This document shows positions 11,452 through 21,770 of a DNA stretch of 47,726 nt, in pieces (positions within the stretch are counted from its first letter, which is position 1; every line of letters begins with the position of its first letter). The notes beneath the pieces were generated by a model, which saw only the letters and a program-made list of their open reading frames with translations, did not search any database and was not told where the DNA came from. A program made the position numbers and the translations under genes. Source of the DNA: Octopus bimaculoides (taxonomy: Eukaryota); the NCBI RefSeq assembly GCF_001194135.2, contig NC_068987.1, positions 103,983,562 to 104,031,287 of the forward strand. Direction: 5' to 3'.

Positions 11452-13374
11452 TTATTCTACTGCATGAACATGCTGGTGAATATTCAAAGTTGTTTTATGT
11501 GAAAATGTTTTACCACAGACTTCGCAATGGTATGGTTTTTCCCCTGTGTGAATGCGTTTATGAATGGTTAAAATGATATTTGCAGAGAATGCTTTATTGC
11601 AGATGTCACACTGATAGGATTTTTCTCTTGTGTGAATACGTTTGTGAAGAGTCAAATACTCATTGCGAGAAAATGCTTTACCACATGTGTCACAGTGGTA
11701 TGGTTTCTCACCTGAATGAATATGTTTGTGTCTGATTAAATATCTCTTCTGTGCAAATATTTTCCCACAGACATCACATTGGTGTAGTTTTTCCCCAGCA
11801 TAAAAATGATCATCAGTTGAATTTTCACCTCCTGCAAAGTCTTTACCAGAGGTATCACAATGATAAGAATTTGCAGTGTGGATATGTTTGTGCTTAATTA
11901 AATATCTCCCCCGTGCAAACTTTTTACCACATACATCACACTGGTATGGTTTTTCACCTGAGTGAATATGTTTGTGACGAGTTAAATCTCCACTTTGAGA
12001 GAATGCTTTACCACAAACATCACACTCATAAGGTTTTTCCCCTGTATGAATACGTTTGTGACATCTCAAATAATCATTGCGAGAGAATGTTTTGCTACAG
12101 ATCTCACACTGATATGGTTTCTCTCCTGAATGAATAAGTTTGTGAGAAGTTAAATACCCATTTCGAGTAAATGCTTTACCACATATATCACAGCGGTATG
12201 GTTTTTCCCCTGAGTGAATATGTTTATGCCTAATTAAATATCTCTTCCGCGAAAATATTTTACCACAGATATCACACGGGTGTGGTTTATCTGAGTGAAT
12301 ATTTTTATGAGAGGTTAAATTTTCAATTACAGTGAACTTTTTACCACAGACATCACACTGGAAAGGTTTCTCAATAGTGTGAATACGTTTGTGACGAGAT
12401 AAATCTCCACTTATAGAGAATGCTTTGCCACAGACATCACAGTGATATGGTTTCTCACCTGTGTGAATATTTCGATGATTACTTAAATGTCCACTTTGAG
12501 AAAATGATTTGTGACAGACTTCACACTGGTATGGTTTCTCATCTGAATGAATACGTTTATGAGAAGTTAAATTTCCACTTGTTGAGAATGATTTACCACA
12601 GACATCACATTGGTATGGTTTCTTACCTGTGTGTATTCGCTTATGACATGTCAGATGTCCACTTCCAGAGAATCTTTTACCACAGACATCACATTCATAT
12701 GGTTTTACCCCAGTATGAATACGTAGATGACGTTTCAAATAATCATTCCGAGAGAATGTTTTAGTACAGATATCACACTGGTATGGTTTCTCCCCAGTGT
12801 GAATAAGTTTATGATAAGTTAAATATCCATTTTGAGAGAATGATTTGCCACACACATCACACTGGTATGGCTTCTCATTGACATGAACACGTTTATGAAC
12901 AGATAATGCTTTAGTTTCAGAAAATAACTCACCACAGATATTACAACGGTAAGGTTTCTCTTCTGTATGAATACGTTTATGGGATGCAAAACTTTCACTT
13001 GAGTAGAATGTCTTACCACAAACGTCACAGCGGCTTGGTTTTATTCCTGAGTGTATTCGTTTGTGACGTTTCAAATTGTCATTGCGAGAATATCTTTTAC
13101 TACAGACATCACAATGGAATGGTTTCTCTATTGAATATGTACATTTATGGCGAGTTAATTTGGAATTGTCTGAGAAGGTTTTACCACAGATGTCACAGTG
13201 ATATGGTTTTTTCTCATTGTGGATATTCTTGTGATTAGTCAAGCTGTCAGCATCAGAGAATATGAGTAAACATATACTACACGTATAGAATTTCTTTGTT
13301 AAACGTAATCGTGTCTCTTTATGTTCAGATTTTGTTTCATTATCATCTTGACGTTTACTTACTGTCTCCGCCAT
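11452..13374 (-). CDS. C2H2 (Kruppel-type) multi-zinc-finger protein ZNF-A, 640 aa, 22 repeats (20 canonical)
   Basis: Uninterrupted ORF of CxxCx12Hx3H repeats with TGEKP-type linkers. The track start at 13401 is TTG; the first ATG is 13374 (attATGg). Fingers 2 and 18 are degenerate. Confidence 0.93.
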   Translation of the reverse strand: MAETVSKRQDDNETKSEHKETRLRLTKKFYTCSICLLIFSDADSLTNHKNIHNEKKPYHCDICGKTFSDNSKLTRHKCTYSIEKPFHCDVCSKRYSRNDNLKRHKRIHSGIKPSRCDVCGKTFYSSESFASHKRIHTEEKPYRCNICGELFSETKALSVHKRVHVNEKPYQCDVCGKSFSQNGYLTYHKLIHTGEKPYQCDICTKTFSRNDYLKRHLRIHTGVKPYECDVCGKRFSGSGHLTCHKRIHTGKKPYQCDVCGKSFSTSGNLTSHKRIHSDEKPYQCEVCHKSFSQSGHLSNHRNIHTGEKPYHCDVCGKAFSISGDLSRHKRIHTIEKPFQCDVCGKKFTVIENLTSHKNIHSDKPHPCDICGKIFSRKRYLIRHKHIHSGEKPYRCDICGKAFTRNGYLTSHKLIHSGEKPYQCEICSKTFSRNDYLRCHKRIHTGEKPYECDVCGKAFSQSGDLTRHKHIHSGEKPYQCDVCGKKFARGRYLIKHKHIHTANSYHCDTSGKDFAGGENSTDDHFYAGEKLHQCDVCGKIFAQKRYLIRHKHIHSGEKPYHCDTCGKAFSRNEYLTLHKRIHTREKSYQCDICNKAFSANIILTIHKRIHTGEKPYHCEVCGKTFSHKTTLNIHQHVHAVE

Positions 13375-13440
13375 AATGTCTGTTGGTTTATCAAATACCA
13401 ATGTAATTCCTGTTTTAAAATTTTACAAATTACTTCATGG

Positions 13441-13479
13441 TTAATAAACAAAAGTCACATGTCTTCTTGAAAATGTCAT
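13441..13479 (-). other. Upstream ORF MTFSRRHVTFVY* in the ZNF-A 5'UTR
   Basis: ATG in gaagaATGacatt, a context shared with ZNF-B; in frame with the CDS; TAA at 13443-13441. Confidence 0.55.
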
Positions 13480-13529
13480 TCTTCTGTTTTTCATACCCTT
13501 CTTTATGAATTCTTTTATGAATCTTTGGT

Positions 13530-13560
13530 GAGAAATTTCCTGAAATAATATAGCAACATA
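13530..13560 (-). promoter_or_regulatory. Splice acceptor of the ZNF-A coding exon (AG at 13541-13540)
   Basis: tatattatttcag|gaaatttctcacc, matching tttcatttcag|gaaacttctcacc in ZNF-B. Confidence 0.7.
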
Positions 13561-13913
13561 ACATAAGAACCATGAACATTCTTAGTATATCTGTCATGCA
13601 GTCAAGTCAATTTTAAGAGACAAAATGTATTATTCTTGTTAGCAGTGTGCTCAAAAATGTCACCAAATTGTTTTCTAATTTTTCTTTTAACTTTGTTTCA
13701 TTCACTGGACTGCAGCCATGCTAGGGCACTGCCTTGAAGGGTTTAGTTGAACAAACTGACTCCAATATCTTTGGCTGAACTGTTAAATTATGGAGTTATA
13801 AAGAAACCATCACTGGTTGGTGAGGGACAGACAAAAACGCACACATAATAATATGCATCCATATATATATATGGCAAATGAAAATGGAAGATGGAATATA
13901 CAAGAATTTATTA

Positions 13914-14177
13914 ATCACGACTCTCTGAGTGGTTGGTGTTAGGAAGGGCATCCAGCTGTAGAAACTCTGCCAAATTAGATTGAAGCCTGGTGTTGCCATC
14001 CGGTTTCACCAGTCCTCAGTCAAATCATCCAACCCATGCTAGCATGGAAAGCAGACGTTAAACGATGATGATGATGATGAACTATTTTGATACATCTAGC
14101 AGCGATCTCTCAAGGGTGGGACACTCAACAACTGGTTCAGGAGCATCCAACAGTGCAGGTGTATCTCATCAGGTGAT
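13914..14177 (-). pseudogene. Disabled hammerhead ribozyme copy, sense to ZNF-A
   Basis: Minus strand: atcac CTGATGA gatacacct...agatgtatc AAAAT agt [160-bp insertion] GTC gtgat. GAAAC has become AAAAT and stem III is split. Confidence 0.7.
13920..14080 (+). mobile_element. RTE-type retroposon 3' tail with (GAT)n
   Basis: actctctgagtggttggtgttaggaagggcatccagctgtag...gacgttaaacgatgatgatg; same family as 25145-25317, 28174-28534 and 20606-20843. Confidence 0.85.
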
Positions 14178-14332
14178 AAATAGACACAACTTGTTAAAAT
14201 AACTTTATTGCGTGCTCGTTTCTCTTTTTTCCATCTGTGATCTTCTATGAAGATATTTCCTCTGTCTAGCTGCCTTTCTTTCTACAAAACAGGAAGTTAC
14301 ATTGTGGAACTGTTATTTTAATGAGTTGTGTC

Positions 14333-14451
14333 TATTTATCACCTGATGAGATACATCTGCACTGTTGCCGAATGCTCCTGAACTAGCTGTTGAGTGTCTC
14401 ACCTGTGAGGGATCGATGCTAGATGTGTCGAAACAATTGTCATGATCAATA
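14333..14451 (+). ncRNA. Minimal type I hammerhead ribozyme (Penelope-type), HHR1
   Basis: CUGAUGA at 14343-14349; stem II GAUACAUCU/AGAUGUGUC; GAAAC at 14430-14434; palindromic stem III ACAAUUGU; GUC at 14439-14441; stem I AUCAC/AUGAU with a C.A mismatch at the first pair. Confidence 0.75.
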
Positions 14452-14904
14452 AATTCTCGTATATTCCATCTTCCATCTTGTATTTGCCATATACAAAACG
14501 ATCCCCGTGAAAGTGACCATGCTTTACCAGTAAGCTACCAGGTATAAATCATTCATTTTATTATCCTATATATATATATATATATATGTATACAGTGGGC
14601 TTCTTTCAGTTTTTGTCTACTATATACACTGATAAAGTTTTGATTCATCCCAGGGTTAAAGTGGGACTGAACCTGAAACAAGAAGCAAACTTCTTACCAC
14701 ACAGCCATGCCTACACTTAAGAAAATCTCTGTTCAACTTTCAAGATAGTGAGATGAAACAGTTACTAAACTATCAGTGATCTTGCCATGAGGAATTCTAT
14801 GAATAGCTTTATCTCCACTCATGCCACTGAGTGTAGTATTCTCAATGTCTACAGTATGACCAATGTTTAGTGTTGACTGACTGCATTACGTTCACCATCT
14901 AGTG

Positions 14905-14973
14905 CAGTGGTTCCCAACCTGTAGTCTGCAAAGGTAATACTGGGGTCTGTGAACAAAATTCAAAACTTCATAC

Positions 14974-15025
<52 letters not shown>

Positions 15026-15460
15026 ATAAGAATTCAAAATTACATGTAAAAACTCAATTAAAATCAATTTATTAAGTGGATTTTCATCGATGAGTTCATG
15101 AACCTTGGTTCTTTTCGCTAAAACTATATATTTTTATATATATACAATGCAAAATACCGAAAGGAAATTCACCTCTTATATCGCACCTTTCTTCCTCCTT
15201 TAACGCCGATGTGATATAATTTCTTGGGAGAGAAATACTTTTGCGGCTGAAGATAGCTTTGTATTGTCGATTATACACTGATATAAAGCTTGAAACACGT
15301 GTACCGCAGAATCCTTTGTGTTTTTGTTGTTATTTTTTGGATTTACAATTTATATATATATATATATAGACACATAAGGATAAGCATATAAAAAGAGGTC
15401 CATGGGAAAACTCATTGAAATAAAAAGGGTCCTCGGTAGTGAAAAGGTTGGGAGCCAGTG
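14905..15460. mobile_element. hAT-like MITE hosting (TA)n tracts and HHR2
   Basis: Left end CAGTGGTTCCCAACC; right end GGTTGGGAGCCAGTG, a degenerate inverse. No clean TSD. Confidence 0.5.
15239..15311 (+). ncRNA. Minimal type I hammerhead ribozyme (Penelope-type), HHR2
   Basis: Stem I UUUUGCGG/CCGCAGAA (8 bp); CUGAAGA at 15247-15253; stem II AGCUUUGUAU/AUAUAAAGCU (10 bp) with U.U at the base; GAAAC at 15292-15296; palindromic stem III ACACGUGU; GUA at 15301-15303. Confidence 0.8.
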
Positions 15461-18326
15461 GTATTCAGTGCCCACAATATGTTCACTGTTTGCAGTACGT
15501 TCAATGACCACAAGGTATTCAGAGTATTGTTCAATGTTCGAAGTATTCAAATAAGGAGGTTATTGTTCCTGCTGAGTAATCAGGTACACTGTACAGGTAG
15601 GTTGAACTCTACTTCACTGAAAGCCTAGTTCAGTCTGCAGGACTTTCTGAATGGCATGTTTAATGAAAAATCACCTTGAATTCTATTAGTTGAGTGGCTC
15701 ACCTGATGGTGAGCCCACTTCTTGAAGAAAGTTTGTTCATGCCTGGTTGAGTTACTCAGAAAGCTGTTCCTCACACAGACACTGATTGCAAAGAGTTGAT
15801 TGAGTGGTCAGGAAATATGTGGGTTATAGATATAAAAACCTGCTGTAATGGTGACTGTGTCTCGTTTTGAAGGTCAGAATATTAACCCCTTGCAGATGGG
15901 TAGTGGTATTGACCACATCGAAACATTGTGTGTGAGCAGTGAGATGTCTTGTTCTGTATGGAACTGTGTTTTCAAATATACCACACTGCAAAGAATCTGT
16001 AAACACACTGTAAAATGCCTTGTATAAAAAATATGTAGTTACTGAATGGTCTAATACCAGTGCACAGCACAGACTGTCAGTACTACATCTGTCTGCAAAG
16101 GGATAATTCTACATTCCCCCAATCTCCTCCATATAGCGATTATTGCAAGATAATCACAACCCAATGAAGATAGTAAATTCAAAGACAGAGTAGTCTAGTC
16201 CCTTAAAGCCAAAAATATTACCAAATACCAAGTTCTTTACATCAAACACTACCAAATAATTGAACAGACTTTCTACTGGCATACTAACAACAACCTTTTT
16301 ATATGTAAATTACATGTGACAATATTCTAGTGTTCCAGGTATACCATGCACACATATAGCTAAAAGCCTCAATGCACATTCTAGGATACTGAGGATAATT
16401 ATATGAGATACAATACTGCCGCCTGGAATACTAGCTTCACTGCTCCGACTATTTCTAAATGCCTATACATTCTAGAAGTGACCATGGCAGAGACAGGCAA
16501 GGTTAACAGTCAGAACATGAGAGGTGCTGCTGACAATTTTCTTTTATGTTAGTCGAAATTGAATAGGAAAGAGATACAGTGTTTTGGGGAGTACATAGTA
16601 GTGTTGTAAATACGGTCTCGGTTTTTTGTACTCTTCACATGTCGAGGTGATCTGGAAACAGCAGCCAACATCACCAGCAGATTAATTGAAAAGTTAAGAT
16701 GGTAACTTGGTTTTAGATGAGAATAACACAACCTAAATATCCAACACATCCATCAAACGCTTCAAGTTACAAGTATTTTTCTTTTGACTGTTGATGGTCT
16801 ATGCGCATCGCATGTGTACACAACCTGCGATGTTGCAAAATGCTTTATTTTGTGATCTTCGTGGTTTAAGGGGAAATTGGGAGCCCAAATAGAGCTAGGG
16901 TAATCCACGATGAACCAAATGCATAGTCTGTAGACTTGTTTCTGTTTCTTTACGGAAATAATTATACCAAATGATAAACAAAATAAGGAGGGGGAGGTTC
17001 TACATGGTCGTTCAGGTTGACAGATATAGCAGTCAAATCTCGCTCAGATCACAAATTACTATCTTAAGAAATAAAAGGACATGCTGAAAATAATGTGATC
17101 GTTGACTAAACTTTTTTTTTTATATATTTAGAAATAGGATGGGGAAGTTACGGCTGGGAAGCTTCCAACCATTCTGTTAACTAGGAGCTCAACAACAACT
17201 ACAAAATAATTTCTGAAAATACCATTGTACTGCCAGGTCAACTAAGAAGCTGCAAGGTGGGTTGCTTGAACTGAAAATAATAGCAGTCAAATCTCTCTCA
17301 AATAATACCTTACCGCCTTAAAAACGGCAGTACTTTGGATAATACTGCAAAAAATAAAATAAAATATATATATATAATAGCTGGAAAGCCTTTATTTTAC
17401 GTCTGCTCAGTCGGGGCTGACATGGGGCTAATAAACAATAGCAAAAGTGTCCCTCAAATAACACTCTATTATCTTGAAGAAATTACATAACATAACGTAA
17501 TGACAGATCTACAGAAAGATGGGATGGTCACAGTTGTAATGCATTCGAGCATAAATTTACGTATACAGAGTTAAACAATAACAAATGAAGACCGGAAGCA
17601 GCACCATTATCTCCTTCTTCAATGTCACAGTCCTGCACATAATTTAACCAAGCGTTTGAGCCAATGAGGAAGTCCCTCTGTGGTTGCAGACTACTAAAAA
17701 TAGCAGCGAAACTCACCCCTCCCACTGTCTGAAATATACAATGATACATAGGTTAATGTAGTCCTACATATACTATGACTGAATTAAAACTGCGATGATC
17801 ATGACTGGAATATCTGTTATCATAAATCTCCTAGATTAGCATTTACCTAGGGTTAAACAAACCAATAATGTTTGCACAATTAACAATGAGGTTAACTAGC
17901 AATTAGGAAAATGACATTTCAGTCGCATAAAGTCACTGATATTGTAAAACTACAACAAGACAACGAAAGATCGCCTGAAATTATAAAATTAACGAGCAAT
18001 AAGGAAATTATATTTTCAACTAAATTGAAATTTTCATAATTATAATTTTGTGTCAGAACAGACGAAATGTTGAGATAAAATATAATTTTTTTTTTCTTCT
18101 GAAGACAAGCAACTTATGAAGGAATCACAGACACAATAACCTTAAAGATCGTAGAGATATATTTGTACAACAACTTACTGTTTTGTAATATCTTTCTCGT
18201 TCATTGTTGGTGTAGATGTGACTGTTGTAGGAAAATGAAGACATTGGACAGAAACAGAATAAACGTTGATGGGAAGAACAAACTAAGTGATATACATAAC
18301 TAATTTACTAACACCACCAGCCTTAC

Positions 18327-18690
18327 TTTCGTAGCTGACTATTCACTAAAAATATGTAAAATATGTTAAACAAAGGAATTCTTATATGTACAGTTAAAGA
18401 AGGCGATAATGGTAAAATCCGTGCTTCATCGCAAAATTACTATAAATGGAAGTTGTTTTGATAAAATGGCTTAAATGAGCACAGGTTGACTCCTAGCAGT
18501 GGCAATGGGATACATGAACCCAGGAAAAAAGTCAAAGAAAAACTTTGATAAATGATCAAGTTAATGATTTTTGGCAAACTTTCGGTAAAAATCTATGACG
18601 TCATGAGTGGATGTATGACATTGTCTTTCATCTGCTTGATAGAGCTGAACAGTCAAATACACGCATTTCTGGCTGACGTCATGTACTTAT
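18327..18690 (-). promoter_or_regulatory. Predicted non-coding exon 1 and promoter of ZNF-A
   Basis: Donor tcagctacgaaa|gtaagg, 16 nt identical to ZNF-B 36196-36211; YY1-like AAAATGGC at 18463-18470; two CRE palindromes TGACGTCA at 18596 and 18674. Confidence 0.55.
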
Positions 18691-18780
18691 ACCGAAATAC
18701 TGCCTAAAGTTTTGCAATTTTGGTTTATTTTATTTTTTCCGTTGTCTTAAGATCTGCAATAAAACTCTCTTTACTCTTTT

Positions 18781-19145
18781 ACTTGTTTCAGTCATTTGAC
18801 TGCGGCCATGCTGGAGCACCGCCTTTAGTCGAGCAAATTGACCCCGGGACTTATTCTTTCTAAGCCTAGTACTTATTCTATCGGTCTCTTGTGCCAAACC
18901 GCTAGGTGACGGGGACATAAACACACCAGCATCGGCTGTCAAGCAATGCTAGGGGGATAAACACAGACACACCCACACACATATATACGACGGGCTCCTT
19001 TCAGTTTCCGCCTACCAAATCCACTCACAAGGCTTTGGTTGGCTTAAGACTATAGTAGAAGACACTTGCCCAAGATGCCACGTAGTGAGACTGAACCCGG
19101 AACCATGTGGTTGGTAAGCAAGCTACTTATCACACAGCCACTCCG
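18781..19145 (-). mobile_element. tRNA-derived SINE, family B, near full length
   Basis: Minus head ggagtggctgtgtgataag...ggttccgggttcagtctc resembles Pol III A and B boxes; body contains ttgggcaagtgtcttctactatag. Confidence 0.8.
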
Positions 19146-19823
19146 TTTATTTTTCACATACAGTAATGTAAACTGTGAGTTTCACTGGAGGAGGGAGAAA
19201 CCTTGTATTTGCATATATAGGCTTCTCGTGTTACATACACACGTATATACAGTTATATACATATTTGCTACTGAATGACAAGGGAACAGGAATTACATAA
19301 TCAATTTCATTTGCGTACAGTTGTAGGAAGCAGTGCACTAAGAGTCCAGTGCTTGTACATCTTATAGTTTCCTTAGAGCTATTAAAACGAGGTGTATGTT
19401 TATTTCAGAAAACAATTGAATACACATGCACACACACACACACATATATGTAATTGAATAAATGATAAAAGAACAATAATTATGGAATCAACTTCATTAG
19501 CTTACAGCTGTTTCTGCTATAGGATGCAGTGCACTCAGAGGTGAGTGTTTATACATTACCTTATGGCTTCCTCAGAGATTCTAAAATGAAATTAATGTTT
19601 GATACTGAAGCAAATGTATATTGAGTTCTAACATGAGGTTATTTGTATTGCTATGTCAAATATTTGAGTAAAAAAAATACACAACAGACTGCAGAAAGCA
19701 GTAACCCTGAGACATCTAATGACAAATGCTGTAGTTCTCAAACTGACTGATACTCTCACCCAAATAGTGAAATCTCTCCTCCCTACTCTTTATTAAGAAG
19801 ACAAAACAGAGTTTGCACCCATC

Positions 19824-20110
19824 TGGTACGCTCATTCAGCGAAAATGGATGAAGATAGCTGTGTGAAAAAGTGCCACAGCCTAGCGGTTGAGGGTACCTG
19901 TGGAAGAGGTAGACCCAGGAAAACCTGGGATGAGGTGGTGAAGCACAACCTTTGAACATTAGGCCTCACCGAGGCAATGACTAGTGACCAAGACAAGTGA
20001 GACCATAACCTGTGGCCTTTACAAGGGGTGTAGCCAGCCCATTTATGTGTACCTTTCCTTCTTTGGACACAAAACCCTGCTTGCGAAGACCTGTTAAGGC
20101 AAGTGAAATT
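19824..20110 (+). mobile_element. RTE-clade LINE RT C-terminus and start of 3'UTR
   Basis: WYAHSAKMDEDSCVKKCHSLAVEGTCGRGRPRKTWDEVVKHNL*TLGLTEAMTSD matches the RTE GxRxRGRPxKxW motif; runs into an N-gap. Confidence 0.8.
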
Positions 20111-20605
20111 NNNNNNNNNNNNNNNNNNNNNNNNNNNNNNNNNNNNNNNNNNNNNNNNNNNNNNNNNNNNNNNNNNNNNNNNNNNNNNNNNNNNNNNNNN
20201 NNNNNNNNNNNNNNNNNNNNNNNNNNNNNNNNNNNNNNNNNNNNNNNNNNNNNNNNNNNNNNNNNNNNNNNNNNNNNNNNNNNNNNNNNNNNNNNNNNNN
20301 NNNNNNNNNNNNNNNNNNNNNNNNNNNNNNNNNNNNNNNNNNNNNNNNNNNNNNNNNNNNNNNNNNNNNNNNNNNNNNNNNNNNNNNNNNNNNNNNNNNN
20401 NNNNNNNNNNNNNNNNNNNNNNNNNNNNNNNNNNNNNNNNNNNNNNNNNNNNNNNNNNNNNNNNNNNNNNNNNNNNNNNNNNNNNNNNNNNNNNNNNNNN
20501 NNNNNNNNNNNNNNNNNNNNNNNNNNNNNNNNNNNNNNNNNNNNNNNNNNNNNNNNNNNNNNNNNNNNNNNNNNNNNNNNNNNNNNNNNNNNNNNNNGTA
20601 AAAAA

Positions 20606-20843
20606 CATCATTTTCCATGCTAGCATGGGTTGGACAATTTAATTGAGGACTGGCGAACCAGATGGCTGCACTAGGCTCCAATCTGATCTGGCAGAGTTTC
20701 TACAGCTGGATGCCCTTCCTAACACCAACCACTCCTAGAGTGTAGTGGGTGCTTTTACGTGCCACTGGCATGAGGGCCAGTCAAGCAGTACTGATAACGG
20801 CCACGCTCAAATGGTGTTTTTTACGTGCCACCTACACAGGAGT
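20606..20843 (-). mobile_element. RTE-type retroposon 3' end
   Basis: Reverse-complement match to the aggaagggcatccagctgtag family, plus one copy of the approximately 67-nt internal repeat unit. Confidence 0.8.
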
Positions 20844-20844
20844 C

Positions 20845-21770
20845 AGTCCAGATTATGGTGCCCTTCTCCACACAGACAGCTCTGCAATGCATCACCCCTT
20901 GCTTTGCAGAAGCTGTCTGGGACTTAGGCCTAGAAGCCAGTTTAAACAAAACAGAAGTCCTCCATCAACCTATACCACCCCTTCACGTCACCATTGGGGA
21001 GAATGAAATAAAAGACAGTCAACTAGTTCATCTACTTTGGGCACTCCATCTCTTGATGCCAAAAATCAACATGGAAGCTGACAACAGACTGGCCAAAGCA
21101 AACAGTGCATCCAATGGACTGAACAATAGCCACAAGGAAAGGGACCAATATTAGTGAGTACAGAACCGTTGTTCCAATCATATTCTTGTATGACTTGTGA
21201 GTCATCTATTGGCACCACCTACAACTTCTTGAGCAATTCAATCAGTGCTGCTTTTGCATCATCCTTAACATCTAGTGGCATGACTGTCTAACATTGAGAT
21301 CCAAGAGCATGTGGAGGTCACCAGTAGCAAAGCAACACTGTTGAAGACAGCTAATTCTGGGTGGGTCACATCACCAGGATGGAGTGTCACGGACTTCCTA
21401 ATATCATGCCATATGGTGAACTCTTCTCTGGTTACTGATAGAGGAGCACCAAAGAAGAGGTACAAAGACTCCATGGAAAAAAATCTCTGGGTACCTGCCA
21501 CATTGATCATCACCATTAGTCTGGTCTTGCTGTTGATTGTGAAGCCTGATATCTCACTGTCCTCTGGGCAATACCTTCATTTGAAGGCACCTACAGGACC
21601 AGCCTTGCTGACAAGAAAAAAAGAGAGAGGGAAAATAAGGACACAACCAGCTCTGGTCAGCCTACCTTCCAGTGCAACCTCTGCAGTCAGGCCTGTTTAT
21701 CCTGAATTAGACTTAGTGCCTGCAGCAGACAAACATACACACCCCACTCTGTAAACCTTCAGAGATTGCA
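20845..21770 (+). mobile_element. RTE-BovB-like LINE fragment (decayed)
   Basis: CFAEA..GLEASLNKTEVLHQP, DNRLAKANSA and RGAPKKRYKDS motifs, plus a terminal CNLC motif; several frameshifts. Confidence 0.75.

Larger units (their letters stand above)
13868..14493. mobile_element. Inverted pair of Penelope-like pseudo-LTR segments (foldback), left arm interrupted by an RTE tail
   Basis: 13868-13921 plus 14081-14200 is the reverse complement of about 14310-14493. Each arm carries a hammerhead-type core. Confidence 0.7.

Noticed and set aside
11913-13238. Plus-strand His/Met-rich ORFs (11913, 12420, 12984; likewise 25997-26941)
   Set aside because: They are antisense shadows of the periodic zinc-finger codons, not independent genes.
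13375-13401. ORF-track N-termini MVFDKPTDI (and MRNT at 27600-27611)
   Set aside because: Both start at TTG; good-context ATGs lie at 13374 and 27599.
13441-13443. A-to-I readthrough of the uORF stop to give an N-terminal extension of ZNF-A
   Set aside because: A second in-frame stop (TGA) follows two codons later.
17528-17749. 73-aa minus-strand ORF in the ZNF-A intron as a coding exon
   Set aside because: No recognisable domain and no counterpart in ZNF-B; an in-frame stop precedes the main CDS.
19832-20681. Long X-containing ORFs here and at 33676-34335, 37047-37301 and 43685-43919
   Set aside because: Artefacts of N-gaps.
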